A program made the position numbers and the translations under genes. 64,000 bases of DNA. Origin: Octopus vulgaris (Eukaryota). The DNA lies in NCBI GenBank assembly GCA_951406725.2, contig OX597820.1, positions 46,314,001 through 46,378,000 of the forward strand, given 5' to 3'. Shown one piece after another: positions 12,671-26,083 of the stretch (position 1 is the stretch's first letter; the number at the start of each line of letters is the position of its first letter). A model generated the notes under the pieces. That model ran no database searches and was not told where the DNA came from. It was given only the letters and a program-made list of their open reading frames with translations.

Positions 12671-14247
12671 GAGATTTGGCTGTGTCGAGTTGAATCACAG
12701 CAAACAGTTGGAATATAACGAAATATGCTCTGTGTCTTCACCGGGGGACAGCCCCCTATTATTACAAATAGTCCTTTATTAAGATGACCCATCATTATTG
12801 ATGTTACACTTTCTGATGGGTTCCCTTCATCTGAACATGAACTAGCAACTTTTCAGTCACCACCTCACAATATTACTTTAACTGCACCATACTCACGCAG
12901 ACCACATAGATCACCTCCACCTCCAACCTACACTTGTTACATAGCAACAGAAATACTTTCCCACTAAACTGACCTCCACTACTCTGCTGCCTACCTAAGT
13001 TACTAAAATATTCTCCAATATTTGTCCCGTAAACTGTATTCATTTCATTTTTTAATTCCATTCTCATAGCATGACTGAATTCTTCAGCTCTCCTTTTGAC
13101 ACAGTACGTCTTTTTATCATCGAGCCTCTGTAACTCGAATGTCCTACATAAACTTAAAAACTGTTAAGTGTAGGACATATGAGAGATGAAGATAAGAGAT
13201 GTCTCTAGCAATTTGAGCGGAGAATTCTTCGGATGACTCAAAGATGATTTCAACACACATATACTGGTGTTAGTACATTGAGATTGATTTGAAAGTGCAA
13301 AATTATGATGAAGAGGCACATGGAAAAATGCTGGACTGTTGGAAATTGGTATGTATGCAGTGGTATTTGAGGTGGTATTCTTTGTTATATATCAAGTGAT
13401 CAAAAGTAACAGAATGCAAAGTTAACATATCAAGGAGAGTTAAATTTAAAAGTAACTGTCGTTAAGTTATGAAGAATGCATTTGATGTGTGTTGAGCTGC
13501 GAAGTAAGATAGCTAGCAGAAAGGTAAATTTATGAAAAATACAGTTGGAGAATTAAGTGAAGATATAACTAGTTTGTTTGAGCTTGCTCAGAAACTAGAA
13601 TATGTTGATTTTTCATATCCTTTAATGTAGAAATGTGAGGAGTGACTGATCAAAATTGGCAAGGATACCACAGAGGTGATACAGTTATGTAAAGAACTCA
13701 TTGTGATATTCAAAAATGGAGAAAGGATGGCTTTGACTCAAATTATTCAGTCAGATAATGTCATGAAACACTTTATAATGTGGGGCCATGTATAAAAAAT
13801 ACTATGACGTGGATATAGAGTGACACTTTTGTGAAAACATTCTGGCTTAAAATTTATTCAGTTGAGATACAGTCAAATATTACAAAAATATGTTGATAAT
13901 ACTCGAGGTAAGAAGTATCACACGTGATGGCAGCAATGTTCAAGGCAACAAGAGGATTTGAATTGAGCTATGAAAATATGCGGATCAAAATCGAATGGAT
14001 AAGAAATTCATGGTAAAGAAAGCAATGAAGATGTGAGTTGATTTAATTTGAGTAGAATAAATGGATCATTTCTGGATTGTGTCCAGAAGAATAGAATGAA
14101 AAAAGAAAGAGACGCTTCAAAACAACTCTAAAATAAAATACCAGTTGATGATTATTAAATGCTTGTTTCAATTCATTCTTTCAAACATGTTTTAATTTAG
14201 ATATACTTATGTATTGTGGTATATTTGGTTGTGTATGTTTCTATGGA

Positions 14248-14310
<63 letters not shown>

Positions 14311-14597
14311 GGAGCAAATAATTGAGGGGAAAATATTTGTAAAGATATCATTGACTCGATTATTATCTAGTGTAAAAGTTTAAAAATGATAATATGATAA
14401 TAACAGAATCAATAATATAGGCGACTGCAGGCCCCAAAAAGCTTTAAATAACTGAAAGATAAAATTAATCAAAGGGCATGCTAAGTATGCCTACCTGCAG
14501 TTAAAACTCTTATTTAAATCACCGGTCTGCGATGCGAAGGGGTCCCAATGCAGGCAGACATACATAGTATGTCCTTTGATTCCTTTTAATCTTTCAG

Positions 14598-14687
<90 letters not shown>

Positions 14688-14691
<4 letters not shown>

Positions 14692-15207
14692 AATAATAAA
14701 TTTCTGAACGAGGTATAAACAGTAGCTGCACGACAAGGTGAAGTATATTTGTCACTTAAATGTGGCTAACTACTAAGGGTGGATGCTACTGTAGCTTCTA
14801 GCCCCACGAGAACGTCTCCAGCTGGCTATTGACACACTTTCTGTGACCTATCAGTATTTGCCAAGGGAAGTCATCATTCCCATCGTCGACCTGACGTGAT
14901 ACGCACGGACCCGAGTTTCTGGGTATTTACCCGTCGTCAGCGCACGACAATCACCGGTCTTCGATGCGAAGGGGTCCCAATGCAAAATATATATATCGTT
15001 TTTCCAGTGACGAAAAGTCACTGATCTCGAAAAAGTGTAAACAAGCAATAATAAATCTCTGAACGAGGTATAAACAGTAGCTGCAGGACAATGTGAAGTA
15101 TATTTGCCACTTTTCGAGATCAGTGACTTTTCGTCACTGGAAAAAGGATATATGTATTTGCATTGGGATCCCTTCGCATCGAAGACCAGTGATTGTCGTG
15201 CGCTGAC
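14688..15207 (-). mobile_element. Penelope-pLTR/retrozyme-like unit with partial tandem and inverted copies
   Basis: caataataaat.tctgaacgaggtataaacagtagctgc recurs at 14691 and 15046 (period 355). Arms 14936-15037 and 15108-15207 are inverted. A further end copy lies at 14518-14552. Contains a hammerhead motif and starts in (TA)n. Confidence 0.65.
14896..14954 (-). ncRNA. Type I hammerhead ribozyme motif (minimal, short stem III)
   Basis: Minus strand: GUGAU-UGU-CGUGCG CUGACGA C-GGGU-AAAU-ACCC-A GAAA C-UCGG-GUC | CGUGCG-U-AUCAC. Confidence 0.75.
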
Positions 15208-15437
15208 AATTCCTTGTATAGTGCTTTTCAATTTCTTGTATAGTGTATCTTTGCAATATTTCATTCTACACAAGCCTAACCTTCTTACTTCTAATAATAG
15301 CGGCTCTGTGGCATTTTATACAGACCATGCTATGTTGTTTTCTTCTGCTCTAATGCTGTGTTCGCATCCAATAAGCCCTCTTCCCCCTCTTTTTCTTGGT
15401 ACATACAGTCTGTGTCATTTTTTGGGTGGAGTGACCC

Positions 15438-15612
<175 letters not shown>

Positions 15613-15629
15613 GAGAATTCAAATTTTGG

Positions 15630-15955
15630 CCTGGTACTTATTCTATCGGTCTCTTTGACAGAACCGCAAACGTTGGGGGTACGTAAGTACGCCGACATCA
15701 GTTGTTAAGCGGTTGTGGAGGACTAACACAGACACAAAGACACATGCACACACACTGACGCACATACACACACACACACACACATTCACACATATATATG
15801 TATTTACACAACAGGCTTCTTTCAATTTTCGTCTATCAAATTCACTCACAAGGCTTTGGTCGGCGCAAGGCTATAATAGTAGAATACACTTGTCCAAGGT
15901 GCCGCGCTGTGAAACGAAACCCAGAACCATGCGGTTGGGAAGTAAACTCCTTACA
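15630..15955 (-). mobile_element. SINE family A, partial
   Basis: tacttattctatcggtctc..cactcacaaggctttggtcgg..ccaaggtgccgcgc. Confidence 0.85.
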
Positions 15956-16406
15956 AGGCTGATAGATTAGATTATTGCTTATATATACATACATTCGTAT
16001 TTATATATTCTTGTTTATGCGTGTTTTCAGAAAAACAGACAGCGAATATGTGAAAATTTATCTCATTTTAGTGTTAAGGAATTTTGGAATTAAAACAAGA
16101 AATATTTCTTGCTGAAATGGTGGATGATTAATTTCCCGGTTTTGTTGACTCATTAACATCTGTAATTCACACGACTCCATGTTGTGCACAAACAGAATGT
16201 AATAATGTGAAGAAATTCTGGCAAAACATTGACTGAAATGTAAGTTTGACAATATACAAAGACGATAGCAATAGTAACATCATACTGGGTTGGAATGAAT
16301 AGAGTCAAAGGAAAAATATTTCATCAGTATACATCATTTCCGTATATTGTGTTATTTTACACTGGGGTAATACATACATACATGCAAACAGACAGACAGA
16401 CAGACA

Positions 16407-16450
<44 letters not shown>

Positions 16451-16664
16451 TACACACACATATATATGCGTATATGTATATGCATTTTTTGTTTGAGATT
16501 TATTTAAGTAGTTCATCATCAAGGACTTCAGGCATGTATACATACATGTTAAATATGTATGCATCGAATAAATAAATATATAGAAGGAGAATTCACAAAA
16601 AATTCAATGTATACATATTTAAACATGTATACATACATACATACATACATATACATACATATAC

Positions 16665-16986
16665 GTGAAGGCGCATGACTCAGTGGTTAGAGCGTCGAGC
16701 TTACGATCGTGAGGTTGTGAGCTCGAATCCCGGACCGGGCTGCGTGTTGTGTTCTTGAGCAAGGCACTTTATTTCACGTTGCTCCAGTTCACTCAGCTGT
16801 AGAAATGAGTTGCGACGTCACTGGTGCCAAGCTGTATCGACATTTGTCTTTCCCTTGGATAACACTGGTGGCGTGGAGAGGGGAGGCTGGTATGCATGGG
16901 CGACTGCTGGTCTTCCATAAACAACCTTGGTAACTTTCTAGGTGCAATCCCATGGTCATTCATGACCGAAGGGGGTCTTTACCCTT
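16665..16986 (+). mobile_element. tRNA-derived SINE family C, near full length
   Basis: A-box-like tgactcagtggttag, B-box-like gagctcgaatccc, then cttgagcaaggcacttta and cactcagctgtagaaatgagt. Confidence 0.88.
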
Positions 16987-17544
16987 ATACATATATATAT
17001 ATATATGATAACTGTATATAATATATATCATAATGATATATATTACTGCTATCCGCGGGTGCCTCGGGGAAAAATAGGTTGACAAAAACACAACCATGAT
17101 CGTGACCAATGTCCTGAAATTGGAGCGACATGCGTGTTAATTTGTGGACGTGCGTAAATTACATTCACGTACACACACACACAGCCTACCTTATATAGAT
17201 ATACAGATTAATTTAATTTAATTTTAATAAAGTCATTTTATTAAATTTGTATCCTCATTTTTCACTATTTTAAAAATTCTTTAAATATATTCATTTATAA
17301 TTTTGTCTCTATACAGTACCGAAATTACAGTACATACAATATGTCCAGAAAAGGCAAATCTGCAATGATTATCATTCACTTTTAATTTAATTTCTAAATG
17401 AAAAAATCAAAATTTTGTTTGAATTTTCAAGGAAATATTTTAATTCAAAATGACTGCAAAAGATGATAATTTTATATATTTTTAACTAAAATTTTACTAT
17501 TACTGCAATGCCTGTAAAAACACTGAACAATGTGTTAAAAAATG

Positions 17545-17881
17545 TGAAAAATGCGGACGAATACTAACAGTATGGCTTAACAATTAAACCTGGAAAAGTA
17601 GAGGACAAGAAAAACTCATTAAAATTAGAGCTTAAAATATTGCTGCTAAAATTAAAATTAAATTTTTTTTATTAATTCCTTTAGTACAAAAATAAAATAA
17701 AAAAGGAAAAGTGAAATTAATTGAATTTTTAAATAATATGAAAAAAGTACTTCTAAGGTACTTTTTAATCATGAGTTTAGCAGCAATATTTTAAGCTCAA
17801 ATTTTAATGAGTGTTTTCTTGTCCTCTGCTTTTCCAGGTTTAATTGTTAAGAATAATGTTAATATGCGTCCGCAATTTTCA
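17545..17881. repeat. Inverted repeat, ~106-bp arms, ~125-bp spacer
   Basis: 17545-17650 is the imperfect reverse complement of 17776-17881. Confidence 0.85.
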
Positions 17882-17898
17882 TATACTTATAGATATGT

Positions 17899-17953
<55 letters not shown>

Positions 17954-18842
17954 CATACACATATATATATACATACATACATACACAATCACATATAGTG
18001 TGTGTTGGTATATGAGTGTGTGTATGTTCATTTGAGTAGTTGCATGTTTACAATTATGTATGTAAGCTTCTCTGTATTAAATATAATCGCATCGTGGCTT
18101 ATACTTAGTTATTCTATACATGTCTATGTAAATTTGTATATTTCGTCAGCGAAAGCGACGAAGGAAATGTTCTGGTTTCTTTGTTGGTTTTATATATACA
18201 TATACATATATACATTTCTTGTACTAATCTACAGTACATCTAGATTCCTAATTAAATTTGTAGTTTATCACTCCTCTAGATTTTCTGAAATTCTTTCGCT
18301 CATCTACGCCTTACTTTAAATGCGTATCATAAAACCCTCACACAGGCACACAACACACACATACATGTTAACACATACACTCTCGAACACACATTCGTAC
18401 ACTCACATATACACCTGCGAGCATTAGTGCGGTCGTCTGCATCTAGGTAGGTATGTGCCTGTTCCTTTTCCAGTAAGGCTGTGCTTGTGTGTGTATGTGA
18501 GTATGTGTGTGTGTATATATATGTATATATATATATATATATATATAATAAAGATAAGGGTGTGTGGTATTAATTTTTGTTTAAGTAACAGATTTCATTT
18601 GTTGTCTTGTTCTAAAATGAAGCCTTCATCCGATATATATAAGTGATTAATTTCGGTGAGTGAGGATTATGAGCAAACCAAGATAGATGAACGTGTGTGT
18701 GTGTGTGTGTGTGAGTGTGTGTATGTGTGTGTGAGTGTATGTGTATATGTGTGTGTGAGTTGGTGTGCTTATTTATACATACGTACATATGGTACGTATG
18801 CATGTATGTTTGCATGTTTGCATGTATACATAAATCTCTATA

Positions 18843-19088
18843 AATACCTGAGAGACTTGCATGGCGTGGATGTGGGTTTCTTTAAAACTAAGCTGAATCT
18901 CTTCTTGTCGGTGGTCCCAGATGAACCTACCTCACGGCAGGAGACACAGATGCGGGCAGCGGCATCGAACTCCCTTGTTGACCAAGTGCCACGTATCAGA
19001 GGTGGATTCACATATTAGTGTAGCTCATTCAGCGGTGGTGCTCCAGCATGGCCGCAGCCTTCGGGCTGAAAAATTTTAAAGGATTTTA
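18843..19088 (+). mobile_element. 3' end of a CR1/L2-group LINE
   Basis: YLRDLHGVDVGFFKTKLNLFLSVVPDEP..RAAASNSLVDQ resembles the ORF2 C-terminus of this group. The 3'UTR shares ggtgctccagcatggccgcag with the SINE A tail. Confidence 0.75.
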
Positions 19089-19264
19089 TATATATATATA
19101 TATATCTGTAAAGGTTAAGCAACCATCTAAGGGATAGTAAATATCCAATATACTACTGAATGGATACCTACGTATTTATATCCACGTGCTTACTATTGCA
19201 GGGCAATATATCGCAATTGAATACTAGGTACGGGTGGGGGTAAATCAGAAATTTACCCAGGATT

Positions 19265-19620
19265 TATAAGGCAAATAAGAAAATGGAGAGGATAAACAAT
19301 CGACAATCATCAGCCTGTAAACATTCAATTATATCTATTTATTAATTGATTACAATAATATGTGTAAGTGATTCAAATAAACGAAGGAAATCAGCAAATA
19401 AATAAGTAAATAAATATATAAATAAAAGTAAACGAATAAGAATGAATGAGTGTACAATTCGTTTATTTTTATTTATGTATTTATTTACTTATTTATTTGC
19501 TAATTTCATTCGTTTATTTGAATTACTTACACATATTATTGTAATCAATTAATAAATAGATATAATTGAATGTTTACAGGCTGATGTTTGTCGAGTTATA
19601 TCCTCTCCATTTCTTATTTG

Positions 19621-19627
<7 letters not shown>
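19265..19627. repeat. Long fold-back, ~172-bp arms, 19-nt loop
   Basis: 19265-19437 against 19457-19627, scattered mismatches; abuts (TA)n. Confidence 0.92.
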
Positions 19628-19678
<51 letters not shown>

Positions 19679-19705
19679 GTATGTATATATATATATACAT
19701 ACATA

Positions 19706-20526
19706 CAGAGTGCGATGGGTAAATTGTTGGTATTTTATATCTTTGACTTCGCGCATGCGCATTGTTTGTTTTTGATATTGTCGACTACACAGAAAAAAAG
19801 GGTCAGTTGGGCATTGTCTGTGAAAAAAAAAACCCTGCACCATGACGCAATTCAGTCTGCCAGAAATTTGCAAACGATATGCGGTACTGTTTGGAATTTG
19901 CGTCGGAAGCTCCAATACGAACATTTCAGAGTGTTTGGGTGTCAATCTGAGGACAGTGAAATCCAGTCAACATCATCGTGTTTTGAGTGATCACTAGTGA
20001 TGGCGACGTTATGCCTCCATTCATCTTCCCACATGGCCTCACACTCAACACAGAGGCCTTCATCAAGTGTCTGGAGGAAGTAGTGCTGTCCTAGGTCATT
20101 AGGGTGGATGCTGGAAGACCCTATATCTGCTAAAAGGACTCTGCACCATGCCACACAAGCAGGAGAACCCAGTCATGACTGTCAGACAATTTCTGCGACC
20201 ACATTACTCCTAACATCTGGCCACCTAACTTCTCAGACAGCAACCCGCTTGATTATTACGTATGGGCCGCAGTTGAGCGATAGACCAACAAAACTCCTTG
20301 TGATACCGAAGATGTACTGAAGGCAAGGATTACGACAGCATTCACCAGAAGAGTTACAGGAGATTCCGAAGTGGTCAGGTGGCTGTGGTTGAAACCAATG
20401 GCGAATTCATTGAATAAATTTACTCTTTAGTATTTCAAAATATTTTTATGTAATCTTAGTAAATATATCTGTTAAAATAAGATGTCAGTATTATTTTTAT
20501 TTTTGCGTAATTTAGACGACAATTTA
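19706..20526 (+). mobile_element. Internally deleted maT (DD37D) Tc1/mariner-superfamily element
   Basis: TA then cagagtgcgatgggtaaattgt; right-end remnant acaattta. Decayed transposase SDGDVMPPFIFPHGL..KDSAPCHTSRRTQS*LSDNF..WPPNFSDSNPLDYYVW with 37 residues between the last two Asp. Confidence 0.82.
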
Positions 20527-21232
20527 TTGAGTCATTCCATAAATATTGCGGGGTGGGGTAAACTACCTGCATCAACTTGCTACAAAAGCAGGTCGTAATT
20601 TTACCTCATTTTAGTGCAAGTTTTGAAGAGTGCAGTTCGACTTTAAGTTTTTTTTTCAAAGCTATAACGAAAGTGACAAAGGAGCATATTCGGCATATTT
20701 TGCATTATGAATTCAATAAAGGCAACAACGCAACGGAAAATGCGAGGAATATTAATGCAGTATATGGAGATCGAACAATAAGTGTAAGCCAGTGTCAACG
20801 GTGGTTCCAGAAATTCCGAGCCGGAAACTACGGCCTAGAAGACGAGATTCGTCCTGGAAAATCTGTCGAACTTGATGAGGACGTCCTGCAAAACCAAGTG
20901 GAACAAAATCCCATCGTAACTGTTGAGTAACTAGCAGAGAGACTTGGATTTAGTCATTCAACCATTCATCGGCACCAGCGCCCGAAGAAAAACGACCATG
21001 TTTGGTTTCAAGACGAAGGGGGATCTTCTACCAGGATAATACGCGGTCGCATACAGCGAGGATGATATTCCAAAGGCTGGAGCAGTTTCAATGGGAAACG
21101 ATGCCCCACCCACCATATTCACCGGACATTGCCGCCCCATCTGATTATCATTCATTCACAGTCTCCAAAATCATTTGGACGGAAAATATAAGAATTCTGT
21201 AGACGAGGTCAGAACAGTAGTGGAGGAGTATT
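20527..21232 (+). mobile_element. Internally deleted mariner element
   Basis: TIR ttgagtcattccataaata; HIRHILHYEFNKGNNATE..QRWFQKFRAGNYGLEDE HTH and QDN..HPPYSPDIA motifs; stop codon and frameshifts. Confidence 0.9.
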
Positions 21233-21482
21233 CCACAAACTACATGTCTCAAGATCACAGTCCTTATCTCTGGGATGATTACAGTGCAGTCCGTAGTATC
21301 CGTGTGTATCGGGGTGATCATCTTCAGGGATTCATTTCTTCAGGCGATATCACACTAATGGATGTACAACAGAGTCAGCATCATTATAAAGTGGCTGGCA
21401 AAATGGAGTAGGAGCTTTATTTGCATATTCAATACGTTTTTCCCCGTAAACAAATTTACAGGTATATGTGTGTGTGTGTGTG

Positions 21483-21537
<55 letters not shown>

Positions 21538-21644
21538 GTGTGTAAATTTTATATATACACATTAACGAATCGCTAAATCATCCAATTATTTGGATGACGG
21601 AAACATAAATACTAATAGCGAGGCGAGTCCGGAAAGAGTTGAAC

Positions 21645-21717
21645 AATCGAGCAGTCTTAACTGATGAGGCAACAGAAATTGCCGAAACTGACTCGTAAGT
21701 ATTAAGAATTCTCGATT
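21645..21717 (+). ncRNA. Type I hammerhead ribozyme with canonical core
   Basis: AAUCGAG-CAG-UCUUAA CUGAUGA GGCAA-CAGAAA-UUGCC GAAA CU-GACUCGUA-AG UA | UUAAGA-AUU-CUCGAUU. All core nucleotides and three helices are present; predicted cut after 21701. Confidence 0.88.
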
Positions 21718-22344
21718 TGCACTTTTCGGACGATTATGGTCCCTGTTAGAGTATATGTTTACGTTCATCTGTGTTAACTAGAGCGGTTTAGCTCTTATTT
21801 TTTTAGCAATGTAGGTGTTTTCTAACACCCTAGTTACATTTAGTGACATTCGAAATTCTAATTTTTGGTGAAACATTGCAAACTGCTGTTTATATTAATT
21901 ACATATACATAAAAAAATCTCTCTAAGAGATGATCGTAGTAGTTGTACAAGCAAGTAACGTTCGTAGCCACGTCAACATGGCTGTTCTGTTCGAGCGGAA
22001 TTTACTGCGATTTTTTAACTCCAAGAGGACAGCTACATCCGATATATTACGAGAAGGGGAATGAACCCCTACCACCCTATAACGACGTGACCAACATACC
22101 AGTCTGGTTTCGGGCTATTTCTGCTTCTCTTCATAACTGTACACTTCGTCTGCAAGAGAAGGCACCTCTGCTCGCAATATATGTAAATTCAAGTGACATA
22201 TGTTGCAAAATCACCGTACAAATTCCTAAGTGGGTACAAAACTGGAGTGAAGAAAATTCATATAGAATTTAAAAAATGGTTTCTAGTTGAGAATATTTGG
22301 GCCTCTATTGGTCATTTTAAGTTTCGTCGACATATATGCGTAAG

Positions 22345-22555
22345 GCGGCGAGCTGACAGAAACGTTAGCACGCCGGGCGAAATTCTTGGCGTTATTTCGT
22401 CTGTCTTTACGATCTGAGTTCAAATTCCGTCGAGGTCAACTTCGTCTTTCATCCTTTCGGGGTCGATAGATTAAGTACCAGTTGTGTACTAGGGTCGATG
22501 TAATCGACTGGCCCCCTTCCCCAAAATTTCGGGCCTTGTACCTAGAGTGGAAGAA
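22345..22555 (+). mobile_element. tRNA-derived SINE family B
   Basis: ggcggcgagctg.cagaaacgttagc, B box gagttcaaattcc, ctttcatcctttcggggtcgata. Confidence 0.88.
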
Positions 22556-22601
22556 AAAAAAGGATATATATGCGTGGGTATCTGTATGTACCTCCGTGTG
22601 T

Positions 22602-22642
<41 letters not shown>

Positions 22643-22779
22643 CGTTTGCGTGTGTGTGTGTGTGTGTGTGTGTGTGAGAGATAAATTCATTTCCGCTTGA
22701 GTATGCTGGAAAAACGTACTTATGATATATTTTATGAATTTTACCGTCACCTTGACTTTTCTTTTAGTATTGTAACAAC

Positions 22780-23540
22780 TTGTCACTTGTTGGTAAGGCT
22801 GACCCGTAGAGCACATATAGAGCTCTCGCAGACAGCTTTACTGTGAAAGTTGGTTTAAAATGATACGTCTTCAGTGATGTTGTGTCGGAAATCAAGCGGA
22901 GAGAAATAGGATGGCGAGATATTTTTATCTGAGTAAAGCATGTTATCTGTCGTTAAATTTGTTGGTTATTCGGTTTACCTTGTATATGAAAGCACATACA
23001 TAAGGATGTCATCAGTAAATTTGAAGAACAAAGCGCAGGAATAACAGTTCTGGACCATATATGCATCGGCTTGTCAACCGACAGACTTGAACCCATAGGT
23101 CGTCTGGGTATTTGATTATATCTGGATTCTCCAAGATTAATAGTACTGCTCACTTAAATAGTCAGAAGTTGGTTTGAGGATGTGAGGTAAATTCTCTTTA
23201 GGCTAAAGGTAAATCTGTTGTCGTAGGTTAATATTATTCAGACAGCTTATGACATCATTGGATCTGTCGTAAAGGACGAAAATTTTAGACATAAATCAGG
23301 ATATTTTCAGTGCAAGAGACAATGTGTTTAATTTTACCCTGTTTTGGAGATTGCGCGTTTAAATGAACTAGTAGAAGGCAAGTTGTTTGCTATTTCTAGT
23401 GATTAAATGTTATGCGATTTTACTGAAGAATTCTCCATGATTTTAAAACTTCCTTCAAAGGGTACCCTAATTTCCTGTCTGGCAAGCGGTATCGTCGGTG
23501 ACTTTTTAATAAAGAAATTTTGCGTTTGTTTTCACTGAAG
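22780..23540 (-). pseudogene. Highly decayed Penelope-like reverse transcriptase fragment
   Basis: YNQIPRRPMGSSLS (cf. Penelope YxQxxGxxMGSPLS) followed in another frame by FTDDILMY (catalytic DD motif). Confidence 0.55.
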
Positions 23541-23706
23541 CAGTGAACCTACATTATAGTTGCTTTTTAAAATGTATTAATATTATGTTTGTACACGTGT
23601 GTTTATGTGTGTGTAAAAATTAAGTACCGTTAACTTTTGAATTCTTCACATCGCATTCTTCACCTGCACAACTTTGCTTGCTTGCGCACATATACACATC
23701 CACTCA

Positions 23707-23803
<97 letters not shown>

Positions 23804-24291
23804 ACACACACACTCATACACACACTGTACATGTTTTGCAATTTAAAAATATGCTCATACATTTTCCATATTTTTGTCACTCAAAATAGCAGATGCAATA
23901 GTTGGCACGCTATAGTCACTATTATGCTGACATCTGCTATTGTTTGTTAACAATGTATTTGCAGGGTAGAGCAATAGTTCTCACAACTCATTAGCTTTTA
24001 TCTAGCACTTAGCAAAGCGAACAAGTCATGTGACTGCTCGTACTGTACTTAACTGTTGCGTAGCACACTCCCGAACCCGCAACGTTCAGGACTTGTTACC
24101 TGCCTATTGTTTGAATAAATGTTCGGTTTTATCTTTGGTAGATTGGTAATTAGAAACGGGACTGGATAGACTAATTAGAGACGATGAGGGCAAGCAGATA
24201 TTTCAATAATTATAGTAATAACAACAACATCAATAACAACAACGCGACACACAGAGACATAAAACACATACTCACGCATGCACACACACAC

Positions 24292-24343
<52 letters not shown>

Positions 24344-25695
24344 GGAGCAGCTTCCTTTTCAAAACGTTATACTGGAGAAACAGCTACATACATGTTTAGT
24401 TTTTTATTATTAAAGTTATTAAAGTGCGTGTGTGTGTGCGTGATGCACGCTGTATGTATGTATGTATGTATGTATGTATGTATGTATGTATGTATGTATG
24501 TATGCAAGCATGTATGTATTTATATTTGTATTTCTAATTCTGAGAAAATAACATTTAACTATATATATATATGTATAGCGGTTTAAAAAGTCAGCATTTT
24601 GCGAAATTCGAAGTAACTGTCAACTGTTTTTAACACCCACAGACAAACGCAGATTCAGACTCACTGACACACACACACACACACACGCACGCACGCACAC
24701 ACACACGCACATACACACATACACGCGACGGGCGGACGGCGAACGCCGAGCTAAGGCATGCGCCTTGATGTTGAGACGCTTTTGGAAACCAACTCGGGTC
24801 CGGCTTCGGTTCCGGCTTAGAGGCGTTCAGCTGTTATCGCTCAAAGGATATACTGTGAACTATGAATTGTGATTTATTGTGTTCTAAAAAATCCGACGTT
24901 TCAGACTATTGTACTGCCTTACAGTCTTTCTACAATCGCCGTATTATCTTCTATATTTTTTATTACTGAAAAACGTCGATTATTCGAAACGTTAGATATT
25001 TCACCACAAACGGCATTTCAACTCATTTTTATTTTTTACCGTTTTTAATCGTCCTTGATTAGTTTATTTTGCACGTAACAGATTGGGATGAAGATAATAA
25101 GGTTCGTGACAATCAACCGTTTGATAGGAGGCTCGAATCCCGCCATTAGGTCAGAATTATGCATACAGACAACGTAGTTATATTTATGGTTGTAAAAAAT
25201 AAAAGGGTAAAGGTTTGGGATATCACATACTAAAGTTTTGAAGTGTGTATATGCATGTTTGCAAGAACGTGTGAGTGTATCTATGTAGCGCCTGTGTGTG
25301 AGTAGTGTAGCGTGGCATAGTGTAGAAGTGTGCGTGTCTGTGTGCTTCGTGATACGTATATATGAATGTGTGAGTTGTGGTGATATGTGTATGCGTGTGT
25401 GTTCTGTGTCATGTGTAAGTGTGTATGCGTTGTGTGGTTTGTTAATGTGCACGTTTTGATACGGTTTGTGTTAATGGCTGTGCGTTGTGTGATGTGTATA
25501 TTTGTGTAGTATGATGTGTGTATTTGAGTGTTGTGTATTGCATATGTCTGTGTTAATACTGTGCTTGGTGTGCCCCAGGGTTTATTGTAATGTGTGCATA
25601 GTTTTGTCCATGGAGTCTCTGTGTAATGTGGTAGGTGTGTGAATGTTGTATGTGTATGTTGCTTGAGTCTGTGTGAGTGTGCATTGTGTGTGTGC

Positions 25696-26083
25696 GTGGA
25701 GGCGCAATGGCCCAGTGGTTAAGGCGGCGGACTCGCGGTCGTAGGATCGCGGTTTCGATTCCCAGACCAGACGTTGTGAGTGTTTATTGAGCGAAAATAC
25801 CTAAAGCTCTACGAGGCTCCGGCAAGGGGTGGTGGCGAACCCTGCTGTATTCTTCCACCACAACTTTCTCTCACTCTTTCTTCCTGTTTCTGTTGTACCT
25901 GTATTTCAAAGGACCGGCCTTGTCACACTGTGTAACGCTGACTCTCCCCGAGAACTACGTTAAGGGTACACGTGTCAGTGGAGTGCTCAGCCACTTGTAC
26001 GTTAATTTCACGAGCAGGCTGTTCTGTTGATTGGATCGACTGGAACCCTTGTCGTCGTAACCGACGGAGTTCCACGACGACGA
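25696..26083 (+). mobile_element. tRNA-derived SINE family E, full length
   Basis: A box tggcccagtgg, B box ggtttcgattccc, long body, (ACG)n tail; inserted in (TG)n. Confidence 0.85.

Noticed and set aside
16665-16745. tRNA-like sequences (also near 25696 and 33040)
   Set aside because: SINE heads that continue into SINE bodies; no complete cloverleaf seen.
18145-18166. Hairpin with GAAA tetraloop
   Set aside because: Short and isolated; compatible with chance.
24890-25000. Two hammerhead-like gaaacgt motifs
   Set aside because: Cores are degenerate (CUGUAAG, CUGAAAA) and helices weak; at most dead relics.
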